A stretch of 64,000 bases of DNA from Bispira polyomma (GCA_965649765.1 OZ287752.1:43214001-43278000); one strand, 5' to 3'. Positions 1 to 13,899 are shown, counted from the first letter of the stretch. Made by a program: numbers and translations. The notes: generated from the letters alone by a model not told the origin.

Positions 1-423
1 TAAAATATGGTCTATGTCATGACTTCGTCTTAATGATGATGTCTAACGGGAGACAAGACATCAGTGCGATGGATAACAACTCTACAGTCTGAGCTGTCTT
101 ACTCCAATGAGAACAGTTTTACACTTTTGCTGTGGTTTCATGTTTATTAAAATGTCAACTGAGGTCTTGAATGCCCCTTCGACCCCATTTATTACCCTCA
201 GAAAATATTTCTGTCGACAAGCAGTCAACACCAAAAAACTATTATTTTATTTTACTTCAGTTCCTCGCAAAAATAAAGGTTGTTATTTAATGTCAGTGCA
301 GTGCCAGATTTTGCACATATAATGCATCAAGATTGTAAAATATGGCAAATCTGTTGCCATATTATGCACCCCCTTACCATATTTTACACCTTCTCACAAG
401 TGTTGACACATGTATTTTTAAAC

Positions 424-512
424 TAAATATTTATACTTACTAATCTGTAGTTGTAAATTTTTATGCTTACTAATCTGTAGTTCTAAATTTTAATACTTAC
501 TAATCTGTAGTT
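424..512. repeat. 30-bp minisatellite, about 3 copies
   Basis: CTTACTAATCTGTAGTT recurs with period 30 (436, 466, 496). Confidence 0.9.
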
Positions 513-570
513 TTTATCTGTTATAACTAATTGTAAATATACAGGTTTTATTTAGTAATTCCCAAATCAG

Positions 571-741
571 GCAGACATCACTTTCATCATGACCATATTT
601 AATTGTGGCAAAAAGTGCTGTTATATATTTATGTGTGTACCATAAACCACTGGCACGTACCTGATAAAGGTTCCCACCTAAAAGGACATGGTGGTAGGGG
701 TACACGATTGTGACGGGAAAGCCTCTTACCACAAGGCCATC
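571..741 (-). mobile_element. Degenerate tRNA-derived SINE remnant
   Basis: Minus strand has an A-box-like TGGCCTTGTGG (729-739). It continues with TGGGAACCTTTATCAGGTACGTGCC, resembling the body of the SINE at 11205-11410 (TGGGAAGTTTGTCGGGTACTTGTC). No clear B-box. Confidence 0.5.
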
Positions 742-1339
742 ATTCGCCCATTTGATCCGCAGAAGTACGTGTATATATAAAATACAAGTACCCTTCTAAT
801 AGTTGTATTCTTATTTGTATATAGGTGTGGGGATCGCAACCATAAAGATTAATTTTGTTAATACCACTATTATCAAATTGTTTATTCCTGGTTTATGACC
901 TGTATTCCACTAATATTGCAGAGCTTTTAAGACATATTTTGTATCTTTAGTGTGTGGGCAACCCTATCACATTTCTTATAACTACATAACCATTTATGTA
1001 GAAACAATGCAAAAATCTCTGTAGAATGGGTGGACAAAGTCCCAGAATTCTAATATTGTTTGCAGACTGATGCTATGTGAAGTTAATATTCTCCCCTCGA
1101 TCATTTTCTGTATAAGCGTGAACCAGGGAATGTTGAAAGATAAGATCATGTTTTGCTGTTCTAGAATAAATGTTCAGTGAAGTATTGCTAAAAGAAAAAC
1201 AACATGATAAAGCATATTACAAATCATTAACTCAATATAACATGTACGTTATCAAATCCTGACACTTTTAACCATCAATAACTGCTATCATATAAACTTT
1301 TATATTTGTGCATGTTAGGTTTTTCGGCGAGGTTGTATC

Positions 1340-1626
1340 TCGGGAAATATTTCCCGAAATCGAACATAAACGTTGCATATCGGGAAATCATTACAGGAAG
1401 CGTATATCGGGAAACACTAATGTTCGTGGGATCCTAGATATATATATTTGCTTTAATAATTGCTATTTCGGGGGGAAGGTAGCAACTTCAAGGAATTATT
1501 TTCAGAGAAAATATGGTCGAATCAAGGAAGATAATGTAACATTGTATTTTGTATGTCGGGAAATCATTACGGGAAACGTTTGTTGGGAAACACTAAAGTT
1601 TATTTGGCAAGTAATTGTCAGGAAAG
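1340..1626. repeat. CGGGAAA-motif cluster with a perfect 18-bp palindrome; probable subterminal region of a DNA transposon
   Basis: TCGGGAAATATTTCCCGA at 1340-1357. (C/T)GGGAAA at 1341, 1381, 1408, 1557, 1570 and 1584. A 45-bp block is repeated at 1380-1424 and 1556-1600. Locally CpG-rich. Confidence 0.6.
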
Positions 1627-1954
1627 TGCTGTGGTGCTGTGATAATATATGTTACCGATTACAATACCTAGATAGTTACCATAGCACAACCAAAAAGCCT
1701 GGGCTGATGGATGTGATTCCATTGCAGTGTTATGCATGTATCTCTAAAATTGTGGACATATCTCTGGTATGGTTGCATGTAGCTTCATCAACCTGTCTAC
1801 TCTAACTCCCCTCCTGATCAATACCTTATCAGTGCTCAGCCCTCCACTCCAAATTGAGCTTATGCCATCAGTTTTTGTAACTTGGTGATTGATGTAAAAT
1901 TGTAAATTGTAGTTGAAGTAGACACCAGGGTGTGAGCTGTATCCAGATAGTGTT

Positions 1955-2120
1955 GGGGGAGGGTGACAGTAATAAGACATTGTCCTGCTGGTTTTCACCA
2001 ACATTGGTTTAGATTGTGATTCTAAAAACTTCAGACACAGACAGTGTGGGAGAGGGGTTATAGTAATAAGACAAGTCCTGCTGTTTCTCATCAACCTTGA
2101 TTTAGATTCTTAAAACTTCA
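1955..2120. repeat. Diverged direct duplication, period about 94 bp
   Basis: AGTAATAAGACA..GTCCTGCTG..TTTAGATT..AAAACTTCA starts at 1968 and again at 2062. Confidence 0.8.
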
Positions 2121-2586
2121 ATCCAAATAGACAAACCTTACTTGTGAAGCCTGTGTTCTTATGGAGATGTATACTGGTAAATTTAAAGGTACTAGTATGA
2201 CAAAGAACCACTATATTCAGTGGTTATACCAGCTGCTATCTATCTGCCAGTACCTGGGAGCCCCAGCTTGGGATCGAGGGCCATGTTGAATAGATTCCAC
2301 TTCTTCATATGGGATTAAATCCAAACATTTAACTGATGGTAGAGATTGCACTGCAACCAGTTGTTGGGGGCTGTTGTCAGGCAATATGGATCATCCCTGT
2401 GTCAGCTCCCAATAGTACTCTAATATGTTACCAAAATATCTACCTGATTTAACTATTTGTATATTTATCATAGTAGTGATCATAGAAATATCTAATGTCC
2501 TAATAATTTGGTATGTCGTGCATAAAGAATTTGTTATAGATGTCTAAAGTATATCTAAAGTGTTGGTGAATAGGTCATATATATAC

Positions 2587-3322
2587 AAACAGTGAATTCT
2601 TGAAACTTTGTTTCCCATCTCCCTTCTGGGAAAAGACATACTACTTCCGAAAATCCATAAAACCTGTGTGTCACTTTCTATTCAGCTTTTTCGTTTGACA
2701 CTCATATTACTAACATCCGTCGCTCCTGCTACTACTATATACGTGACATCAAAAGAATACGAAACCACCTGTCAATGGACACAGCGATAACTGTGGCTAA
2801 CTCTCCAGTCCATTCAAAACTACTTATGCATGGTTATTTTTCGCCTGGGTTGTCGCACAGACTTTACACCTTACCTAAAAAATTACACTGGCTGCCCATT
2901 TGCTATCGTATTTTGTTCAAGATTCACGATTAAGGCAGTAGTCACTCAACAGCCCTCCTACCTTGCTTCCCGTCTCTCCTTCAGTAACTGTAAGAGGGGC
3001 AACAGACTGTCTGTTTCTTCGGTCAGACCCATCAGAAAGGCACGATCCAGAGCATTCTCCATTACAGCTCCCTTGTTATGGAACAAACTCCCAGTTGACC
3101 TCAGATCAGTGGATAAACTCATCAGTTTTAGGAAAAAGCTTAAAACCTATCTTTTGAACTGTGCATACTCACCTTAGCTTCCCTCGTACACGCTTTCACT
3201 TCTTTCCTTACAACTTTGCTATGCCCATGGACTTTACAATAGGATCAATGATTCTGCTGTTGCGCTTTAGAAGATGCCTAGCATCAATAAAGCTGTTAAA
3301 AATTCATAATAACAAAAATAAT
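2587..3322 (+). mobile_element. 5'-truncated, decayed L2/CR1-group LINE 3' fragment (ORF2 C-terminus, 3' UTR and AAT tail), copy A
   Basis: Broken frames give FPISLLGKDIL, SCYYYIRDIKRIRNHLSMDTAITVAN, LHWLP and RAFSITAPLLWNKLP..FRKKLKTYLL, all typical of the L2 ORF2 end. Homologous to 20957-21714 (-). Confidence 0.88.
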
Positions 3323-4210
3323 ATTTCAAGTGTTAGTGATGGGTTGTGTATTTACAGTGTGAGTGATAGGTCATATATTTCAAGTGTCTGTGATAAGTCA
3401 TATATTTCAAGTGTCTGTGCTAGGTCATATATTTCAAGTGTCAGTGATAGGTCATACATTTCAGGTGTCAGTGATAGGTCATATATTTCAAGCGTCAGTG
3501 ATAGGTCGTATATTTAAAGTATGAGTGAAATGTCATGTATTTCAAGTGTCAGTGATCAGTCATATATTTAAAGTGCAGGTGATATGTCATACATTTCAGG
3601 TGCCGGTGATAGATCATATATTTTAAGTGTCACTGTATATTTAACGTATGAGTGATAGGTCGTATATTTAAAATGTCAGTGATAGGTCGTATATTTAAAG
3701 TATCAGTGATAGATCATATATTTAAAGTGTCAGTGATAGGTCATATATTTAAAGTGTCAGTGATAGGTCGTATATTTAAAGTATCAGTGATAGATCATAT
3801 ATTTAAAGTGTCAGTGATAGGTCATATATTTAAAGTGTCAGTGAAAGGTTATATATTTAAAATATGAGTGATAGGTCAAATATTTAAAGTGTCAGTGATA
3901 GGTCATATATTTTAAGTGTCAGTGATAGGTCATATATTTCAAGTGTCAGTGATAGATCATATATTTTAAGTGTGGATGATAGGTCAAATATTTTAGGTGT
4001 CAGTGATAGGTCAAATATTTCAAGTGTCAGTGATCAGTGTGTTAAATATTTCAAGTTTCAGTGATGCGTCAAATATTTATAGTCTCAGTGATAGGTCATA
4101 TATTTTATGTGTCAATGATAGGTCATATATTTCAAGTTTCAGTGATAGGTCATTTATTTATAGTATGTGTTATAGGTCATATATTTAAAGTCTCAGTGAT
4201 GGGTCATGTA
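3322..4210. repeat. 27-bp minisatellite, about 33 copies (consensus ATATTTMAAGTGTCAGTGATAGGTCAT)
   Basis: Period 27 (e.g. TTTAAAGTG at 3721 and 3748). It explains the 9-aa repetitive ORFs at 3161-4188. Confidence 0.97.
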
Positions 4211-4440
4211 CCATATTTTCGACAATAAAGACTACCATTCCAGTGATTCGGGGTCTTCGTTGCTCCTTTTTGACAATAGAGTTGCAGGTTCTCCACATTT
4301 TTTTTCACATTGACCATCTCCCTGACCTTCACCTGATATGACTCTAATTATTCCCTTAATTGAATGCTTAACCCTTTTCTTCCCCGCTTACAACTAGTTT
4401 ATACGTACAACGTCACCTCATCAGTTGTCACTAACACATT

Positions 4441-5740
4441 ATTTCTTCTCAGTTTTATTTTAAAACTTATTGAGAAGGTCGTGGCTAAACAGCTTAATGG
4501 ATTCATCTCCCAAGAAGGAAAATGTTAACCTATCTGCATACTGGAGCTCCCACTCTAAAGAGACAGCTCTAATCAAGATTCAAAATGATATAGCTACTTC
4601 AGTGGACTCAGGAAAGGCAGTGGCCCTTACATTACTGGACCTCTCTGCAGCTTTTGATACCATCGATCACTTCATTTTATATGACTGTTTATTGGACTGG
4701 TTTGGAATTGATGGGACTGTATTATGGTGAATCAAATCCTATCTCCTAGACTGTAAACAAAAAATCCAAATTGGTACTAGTTTTTCTGGGGTCTTTCTTC
4801 TCCCCTTCGGTGTTCCCCAAGGTTCTGTCTTGGGTCTTCTGCTTTTCGCCCTGTACACTACCCCCCTCAGTCAAGTCATTTCAAAGTTTAATGTTACCCA
4901 TCACCTGTATGCAGATGACACACAGATATACTTAACACTGGACTCCAGGAACTTTGACTCAAGTATTGCCGAGCTCACTGACTGTTTAAAATCTGTCCAG
5001 GAGTGGATAGATTGTGCAAAATTGAAACTCAACCCAGATAAAACAGAGTTCATTATTATAGGTAACAAACCCACCACAGAGTCATTTACACCAAAATTTC
5101 CTATTTCATTCCTCCAAAACAAAATCACTCCGTCAGCGGAGGTAAAAAACCTGGGTGTCATCTTTAACTCAGACAACTCCTTTAATAACCATATTGCTAA
5201 GGTTTGCCGTGCCTGTTATTATCATCTACGTGACTTGCGATGAATTCGTAGATTTCTTAGTGCTGATACTGCAGTTCTGGTAGCAAAAGCTATGGTCAGT
5301 AGTCGCTTGGATTACTGCAAATCTTTACTATTCAGGGTCAGTAAGGATAATATTGCCAAACTCCAGGGAGTTTAAAATGCTCTCTGTGGCATTGTTCACA
5401 GCCTTGACAGGTTCAAAACGTTCAAAACGTTCAAAAATTCCACCGGCTTCCCATTGAACATCGCATCCTATTCAAGTATAACCTGCTAGTTTTCAAGACT
5501 ATTAAATATTCCCAACCTCCCTACCTATCTTTCTTAATCAAGTCCAGCAGCCTCACACAGGGAAATAGACTATCTGCTTCACTTTACCCTGAACGAAAAA
5601 TTGGAAGGCGCAGCTTTGCTGTCGCTGCACCGGCAGAATGGAACAGGTTGCCACAAAATGTCAGATCCCAGCAGACACTATCAGGTTTTCGAAGCCAGCT
5701 TAAGACCCATCTGTTCAGACTGGCATATCCCCCACCTTAG
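4441..5740 (+). mobile_element. Decayed L2/CR1-group LINE ORF2 fragment with reverse transcriptase domain (pseudogenised)
   Basis: RT motifs HSKETALIKIQND, LTLLDLSAAFDTIDH, GVPQGSVLG.LLF, YADDTQIY, LKLNPDKTE and VKNLGVIF, ending FRSQLKTHLFRLAYPPP-stop at 5740. Several in-frame stops and frameshifts. Confidence 0.95.
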
Positions 5741-7679
5741 TTACTTCTGACCTTAAGGTCAAGATCCCATTACCTTAACTAGTTGGTTCAGGAACTGGCA
5801 GTCTAAACACTGGAAGACGTGTGGACCAAGTCCTTAATAAGACCAGGAACTTTACAATATGGTCTACTATGCAGTCACACTGGTGTCTTTTTCTTTAGTG
5901 AAGCCGTTAATCTTAGAATATCAGTCACTTCCGGCATTTTCTAGCAGTGCCATTTACTGAAAAATGTGTATAAATATTTAATTGCACCATCCTGCATTTT
6001 AGTAATTTTAACTAATTTGTTATCAGGTTAGCTTCTGTGGAGTTTAAATTTTTATTGACAGCTGATTTTCTATTATGCTTTATTCTAGCTCTGTACGTAC
6101 ATAGTATATATGTTATTGGCCATGCTACATTTTTATCTTGATTTCTACGATTTGGTCTAACTGGCACCAGAAATAAGCCCGTTCTATGATGTTTACAACA
6201 ATCTCTCCAAAATAAATAATTTAACCCTGACCTGTTTCATTTTACAGTTGCACACTTGCAAACGCATGCTTCATCTTATTGCATATATACTAAGATTAAA
6301 GCTCCAGCTTGCGACAATTTATGTATTGGCTGTTTACAAATTCTACATTGAATTTAACTGCTTTACCAGATACTCTTTTATCAGGAAAAATGATCTGTCC
6401 CAGTCCACATAATACTCTATAAATATGCATCAAGTCATTCATACTGTATACATATGAAAAGACAAGTTCACTGCAGGCCGAGATTTTTTTAATTAGATAT
6501 TACTTGCTACTGCTAGTTCTAGACTGTCGTTCACTTACTTTAATACATTTAAAATCAATAAGTTAAAATGGGTTATTTTTTATTTTGCATTGCACAGCTT
6601 GTCAGTAACTCAGAGAATGCCACAGGCTGGGACGACGATGGCTGGATGTTGTATCATTGGGAGAGTTATTCTTGTGTGTACAACTTGGACAAAATATCAA
6701 CCAAAAAGAGTAATATTTAAGGTCTGAGAGCTATCTGTTGTAAGATGAAACCCGTGTATGACATCAATTGACAAAGTAAAGATTACATGACATGTTCTGA
6801 CTCCTAGTTAGTTTAACAATGTTGCTGCTTGCATGGACACGAAGCTAGATGTTACAGAAGTCTGTTCAAGGATACTGCTGTATGTGTTAACGTATGTGTG
6901 GATGAATTGAGAGCTGGTCAAAGTGTAAATCATCAGTTATCACACAGAGTGATCTATGATTGAGACTTTGTGACCACAGGAAGTAAGACAGAGGGATGGT
7001 ATTTAACTGAGCTAATGATGTCCACAAGGATAGGAAAGTGAGCAGTAAGCCTATCCACAAACAGCACCCACTACAGTAATTATTAATGTCTTAATTAAAA
7101 CCTATGCGCAATATAGAGGCCAAATCAATAGCAAATTAGGGTCCACACACAACTGCTCAGAGAGACCACCCCTATGGGTGAACCTTAGAAGGGGATTGTC
7201 AAGGTCATTGGTGGAGCAAGCAACAGAAACAAGACTGCAGCCCCACTTCACACAGTTGAGCAAATTGGAGACTATTAGTAAGCTTCTGTTTGTGAGAGTA
7301 TTGCATTCTGGTTAAAGGAGTTGGTCTGTAGCTGGATAGAGCTGTCTGTGTTCCCATACGGATATTGATCAGCACATGATAGCTTATGAAAAATACACCC
7401 AAACTGCATGAATGCTTCATTAACTTTATTATTTAATTTGCAAACAAATTGCTGATTCCTTTATTTCATCGTTGGTATTTTTGCTAAAGTGTGGGATGAA
7501 AATACATTACCGTTATTGGATACAGGAAGTTCACCTCCAGGATTCTGAACTGTAAGTCATATTTTTATTACTTCCAACAATGAATATGATGAAATTTATT
7601 ACAAAAGTTGCTTTAATTATAGACCATGACTATATGGGGAAAATAATAGGGGTTTTTAACAAGAAAGTTTTTATTAAGC

Positions 7680-7850
7680 CTATAGTAATGTTTCATTAAG
7701 CAAGTGTTTATTCTCTGTGCTTACAGAAACCCAAGGTGACCAGACAAGGGTCATAATCCAAGAATACTGTATATCATGTTTTGCATCAACTGGGGAAGCT
7801 TGATCAAAGAAGTAGGATTTTAGGTGTGTTTTTAAATATGGGAAAGCTTT
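7680..7850 (-). mobile_element. Short L2-like 3'-end remnant
   Basis: Minus frame KTHLKSYFFDQASP resembles the L2 ORF2 terminus (compare LKTHLFRLAYPP near 5700). Confidence 0.4.
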
Positions 7851-10800
7851 AAAATAAATAAAAGATAGTTCTAGCACAGTTTAAATAACTAACATATGGG
7901 TTTATAGTACAAGCTTTTTATCACAATAGAAAGTCTTTGACTTATACCCTGAGTCTATTGAAGTAAGGATATGAGGTATACATAATTGGTAAGATGATCT
8001 ATGGTGTAGACAAAGAACACGTCAAAGCACACAATATATTGTTTCCTTAGACAATGGAGGTCAAAGTCTGGCTATTGTCACCCCTACAGGGCGTGAGGGG
8101 AGAATACACCTGATTCCCATGTAATTCACACGATCTGTGAAGTGAGAAGGGTAGACAGTAACCAAAGGCAGGGGGTGTCAGCTTATCACAGGCACACTCT
8201 AAAACCTCTAAAGTTTCAATTACTAAGAAACTCTGAACAATTATGTAAACAAACAAAAATACTCAATATTGCAATACTATGAAGAAACCTGACCATACCA
8301 TTTAACGGGTACTTTATGACCAACCGATCTATCTATCTACAAAAATTATTCTGAAATAAATGTATCCAAAAAAATCCTAAAGGCAAGACATTATTGGATG
8401 GCTCTTGCAGAGACTAATACATCAAGATTGATTGAGTTAATCATAGGTAAACATTGTCGAAATGGTGTGCTATTTAAATTTGCCACTTTCTCATCTAGTT
8501 GTGAACTTAAGGAAGTTCGTCCATTTTCCCTCAAATGGCAATTGGCTGTTTCAAATGCCATAGATATTTTTGTTGCTAAAAAGCACTCGACCAGGAATAT
8601 TGCCTTAGAAATTGGCATAAGGCAGTTTGGTATGGGAAATGGAATTTTGGGAAGAGATTTCCTCCTTACTTCCACAAGTAATGTGTGGGTGTGGTTCCTG
8701 TGTACCAGTGCTCACACAATACCCTCATAACAAATAACCCAGACTTTCTGATGACCACCAGTCAGCATGAAAAGGTTATGTACATATATATGACTGTCTG
8801 GGTTTTTTCTGATCGCTTGAATTACACAATATTGACCACTGCTCAACATGTACTGGGGCTGTAAAGTCTGTGCACTCATGTCACACACAAAATACCACCA
8901 AACATGGAATGGTTAAAATGGAAGAAAACATTTCTTGATGTCTCTTTATTATACACTAACACAATGATGTTTGGGTTGTTATTTTCTGGCGGTCAGTGTA
9001 CAAGTTGACTTTGTCATTATGGTACCCCAAACTCGAACCCAAACCTTTTATGGTAATTGTATTTGTCTGGGTAGGTGTACAACGGGCTATTCTCTTCATA
9101 TGTGGGTGGCTATAAGTAGTAAACAGCTTATTCTGATAGATTAGCAATAAGTGTCGCTTTGGTAAGTAGGCCAATGAATGTATCCACATATTACGTGCCG
9201 CATAGTGACACATATGAATCCAGTAAAAAATGTGCTGTCGAGTGCAAAACAACATAAACAAAACCATAAAAGCAACAAACATCAATCTGTTTTCTAACGT
9301 GGTGGGTTTTTTTCTTTGCCTCTCATAAATTATGTAAAAATTTAGTTTGGCTCTTTATAATAACAAAGTAATCCATTCAACTGTTATAAGTGACGTCACA
9401 GTGGATCCAATCAGTTGGGGCCTTAATGTGTTCGAGTACCAGTCTATTGCTCTCTGAGGTCCAGAATAAGAAAACAACCAAAACAACAAACCCAGGAGAG
9501 AGACTAGAAAAATACAGCCGGATATCTTGTGGGCTGTCTCTTAGAGTCAGTTTTCTGCTTTGTTGCAACAAACTGGGATTTTTGGGGGATGATCTCTGCT
9601 CACATCAGTGCACTTTATGTATTAAAGGAGCACATTGCTGAAATGGTGTGACATCTCCAGCCATCATATAGTAAACTGGTGGGGTTATTCTATAAAGTCC
9701 AATAATCCCCTTATGTCTAGCCTACTGTATAGCATGGTGTCTGTGGACCCAGCGACCTGGAAGGTATATCTGGCCAGTTAAGCAATAGCCCCTACATTTA
9801 AGGTTTATACTAAAGCCAAATACAGAATGGTTGTTTGATTAAGTGTGCAAAACGTTGTAAGCTTTACATGAGAGATACTCATATTGTCTGCCCTATAAAT
9901 TAGACAACAGAAATTGCTTATTAATTACGATATCAAAATTATTCTAAGCATTGAATCGTAAAAATCTTGACCAGTCCAACGTTTAACATTCAATATGTTT
10001 AATCATGGTAAGCACTCTCAGTATTTGTGTGTTAATGTCTTCCCTGAAGTATTGTTGTATTAAAACTCCTGACTGTAGGACTGCATTAGAGCCACAGGGA
10101 TAGCTGTCCAGACAGCTGGCCGCCACTACACCTCCAACTATCACATAGCATCATGTTTACTCTATATGATTTAGTACAAACAAGACATAACACAACTAGA
10201 CACCTAACCCACACAAAGTCCAAACCCTTTTTCCAAAGTTTCAATCATATCATTTTCTTTTCTTTTTCATTTGAAATATTGAACACCCTCCATATAGTAT
10301 TTCTTATACCACTACATGTTTAGGAATGTATTGCTATAATTACAAATACATTATATGTAAATAATGTACTACTGTATGTTTGTATAGAATGAGAATATAA
10401 ATATAATATGAATTTTAGCTGATGGTTGTGTATAGCAATATACATATGTGCATATTAATATAATGTTATTTATTGGATACCGGAAGTTTTTTTGCTACTT
10501 TTCCTTTACTGAATGCTAACAAATGTGGACGCCTGCTAGTTGCCTAACCTACATGATCAGATTTGACATCAAGCCAGACGCCAGTTATAGGGTTGAGCCT
10601 TGCTATTTGGGTGTCATTCTCGGAGTATGTGTGTAATACTGAGGTTTTTTACTTCCAAAACAGAATTAATCGAGAGATGTCTGTCTCCCTTGGCTATTGA
10701 TCTAGAAGAACCATTTGAATTATAGATGGGACTCAACTAGATGGAAAACAAACCAACAACCGTCTAGATTTATTCTTTGAATTTATACATTTCTGTTTAG

Positions 10801-11204
10801 AAAATAAAACTATTCCGGTCTGTTTTTACCAGATAATTTTTTTAACAAAAAAGTGCAATGACAGATAATGTTGAGATAAGAGAAAGAGTCACAGTGACCT
10901 CACATTTTGATATAAAATTCTGTCCGGGCAGATGTTTTAGTTCTTGTCACAGGAAATGAGTAAAAGGGAGCCAAAATGAGCCATTTAAATTCTTCAATGG
11001 GAACCAATGTTAAAACGTCTCACCAAGTTGTTTTGTCTCAGTAGTACCGTTTGGAACACTAACATTAAACTTCCCTTCAGTCTGGGGTAACTGGAACCAA
11101 AAATATCTGAGTTATGTCTCCGTATGTCCAGTGATAGTTTTAGACTGCTGGTGCCATTTCTATTTTAATCAGGTAATCAGGTAGTATCTGGTGAGTATCA
11201 GTGT

Positions 11205-11412
11205 CTGCATTAATATCACTAGCCTGTCACCTCTTAGGGCAGTGTGATCAGTGCGGTCGAATCCCACTGGTTCCTTCATGTGGGAAGTTTGTCGGGTACT
11301 TGTCATATGGGAATCTAGTTTTCACCACAAATAGTAATAAATTCTTTCACCACAAAATATGGCCGTCACCATATGACCACAGACATGGAAGGTAATATAA
11401 AACTCACATTCA
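11205..11412 (+). mobile_element. tRNA-derived SINE, degenerate
   Basis: B-box-like GGTCGAATCCC near 11255. TCACCTCT and ATGTGGGAA segments are shared with the intact SINE at 31365. Confidence 0.65.
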
Positions 11413-13075
11413 TATAATTTAAGCATACACAGACCGTATCTTTTACTGCTGACAACTGACCCCTAAACCATGTTTAAAATGCTTGCATGTAGGGTGGAAA
11501 TGCAGATGTACATTAGAGGTCTCAGCATCTTGGGCATTCTTCCAGCCGTAGTTCACGAATGCCAGTCTGATTCAATATAAAAGGATTGCTACAGCTCTCA
11601 GTGTTATAAACAACAGACTGAAGCAAAGAAACTAAAGCAATAGATATTTTAACACTGATTTGAAAGCTATGTTTCTGATACACGGCACAGTCTTGTTGTA
11701 TTGATTTGTGGGAACATATGCGTAGACTTGTCTAGCTTTAAGTGGCACATTATTACGTCAAATAGTATTGTAATTGTGATATAGTTTCCACCTGGCGCAG
11801 TTGGCCTGGTTTTCATATACACAAGCTATAGAAGCACCAGTACCGCCAGTTGCTTCACTTCTCATTGAGCTTATCAAAAACAACAGGCGTGTGTGGGTAC
11901 AGACAGATTCTAATCCAGATTTATATTTCAAAAACTAAATTCATATTTAACCCTGTTGGCAAATCCTACTGGGCTTTACGTTGAGAGGTTCAAACCTGTA
12001 TATGGCATGTCCTCTAATTCATAGATTCCTTATAATAAGGTCATCTCAATGTTTTTGTTTTGTAGTCTGTAGAAACAACATACTGCTTCAATACAGCGAA
12101 TCTCTTGTATGTACATTGTACATGGATATTTACAAAAAAAAATGATTACGATCACAGCCAACACCAAGTGTCCTGGATTAAGACTACAAGGTTGTAATAA
12201 TATGGTACTATCTTTTACCACACGCAAGGGCCAGATCATCCTTTTGAAGTGTCCAATAAGCTCACACACGTCCAATATGTTTATTTTTGGTTTGGCCCTG
12301 GAAATATTACTAATCACAGAACTAAGCTATTTTAGATGTGGGACCTCACCAGGTGTGTTGACATGTCCTCTCTGGGTTAGTGGCAGCTATGTCGGTTACT
12401 TGGTCAAATGTCAGATATGTTACATACCTTTTATTACCTGGTACCAACCGTCTCAGCCAAATCTGTGTTTTGTTACAAACCATCCAAATACTTACAAATC
12501 CACATATTCTAAAAATGCATATACCGTGTCTGTCCTTGGGACACAGTCCTACTATTCTGAGTGTGTGTGGTTGTATGTAGTTAGTCATCAGACACCTTGC
12601 TGACAACTTACTCATGTGGTCTGATGTGTAAACCGTGGGTAAAGTGGAGGAGTAGGCTTAACAGTATTAGCTTTGGTTTGACAACGCCACTGTTAACTAT
12701 GGAGGACTGGCAGATACCACACCTTGAGGTATATCAGTGAGTACAGGGTGCTGTCATATATGAGGCTAATGTTTCTAAATGCGAGTCCTGTTGACTATAC
12801 AGATATATCCATATTAAGGTGGGCCTCAGTGTGTAAACATTGTGTAGACAGTTCACATCTGTCTTACTGTGTTTGTCGTCATTCAGTGCAATTAATGGTA
12901 GACAGATGGGCTGTTTTCTAGGAAGTCTGATCCTTATTTAGTAACAAGCTGGTCTTCCTTCTAATGTACCTCTCCAAATAAGCCTATTATTGCAGCAGCA
13001 TTAGACTTGATTTAATTGTACCCATTCTATGTGGTTCCATTATTTCTCCACTGCCCACTAATTCTTCTTCTACAA

Positions 13076-13125
13076 CCCCCCCCCCCCCCCCCCCCGCCCA
13101 ACCCCCTACACACACACATACACAC
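13076..13125. repeat. poly-C tract followed by (CA)n
   Basis: C20 run, then ACACACACACATACACAC. Confidence 0.9.
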
Positions 13126-13899
13126 ATTGTACAGGGCCACCATTCAAAGACACCTGCAGCTTCTTTTCCTATGAGAAGAGATATTTTCAACAACATACAC
13201 TGTTTTCATACCCCACTTTATTATTGATCCAGAGCAATCTGACCCAAATTGACTTCTTACTTTAGCTAAGACAGACAGATGGGATATGTTTGAAACATTA
13301 ACAACAGCCGTTCTCATTTACTTATGCTTGTAAACTCTAACATTTGTGCAAGTGATCCATATATATAAAGTTTGCTTCTGAAGTATTTGATCTGAGTTTA
13401 TTAGAAATTGGATAATGTTCTACGTATCCCACTTATATTATTATATACCTTGTCTTGTAGTGTCCTTGTCCCAGAACTCAACCACACACAAAGACTTCAT
13501 AAAGAAAGTGATTTCTAACCCTGCACCTCTTTAGTCGATTTATGAATTGTTACCATATTTCGTTCCAAGTTAACGCCGACACAGGATTTTTTAATTTCTT
13601 TGATGTATATATTTTAATGCTTTAAAATGGCAAGGCCAGATTATTTACCAGTGACCATCTAAATTCATGTTAATGACAACAATTATACAATGACAAGAAT
13701 TATACAATGAGCATCGTATGGTGATATCTGGGAATCCATACATAACACATATATAGGGGTAGTTGGTTTCTGTCTCTCTCTACAAAATCTGACTGTCAGA
13801 GTGGACTGGTTCGGGGTTTTACATTCAGCACAAGTTGCTTGGAGCTGTGAGTAGGGTTGTAACATGGAGAGGGAGAGGGGAGTTGATGAAAGGCCGGCT

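Noticed and set aside
33-92. Possible C/D-box snoRNA (ATGATGA at 33, CTGA at 89)
   Set aside because: No terminal stem and no recognisable rRNA guide; such short motifs occur by chance.
1308-1805. 165-aa ORF
   Set aside because: GTG start, overlaps a CGGGAAA repeat cluster, and has no recognisable domain.
6598-7556. Possible plus-strand exons (acceptor before 6598; exon of about 7490-7551 ending in GTAAGT)
   Set aside because: The splice signals are plausible, but the translations are unrecognisable and no coherent gene model results. RNA-seq is needed.
8391-8730. Overlapping ORFs on both strands (110 aa and 94 aa)
   Set aside because: No protein family recognised and no splice context.
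12030-12615. Cluster of four overlapping ORFs, including one of 164 aa
   Set aside because: Composition (rich in Cys, Tyr, Ile) is typical of translated non-coding DNA, with no motifs.
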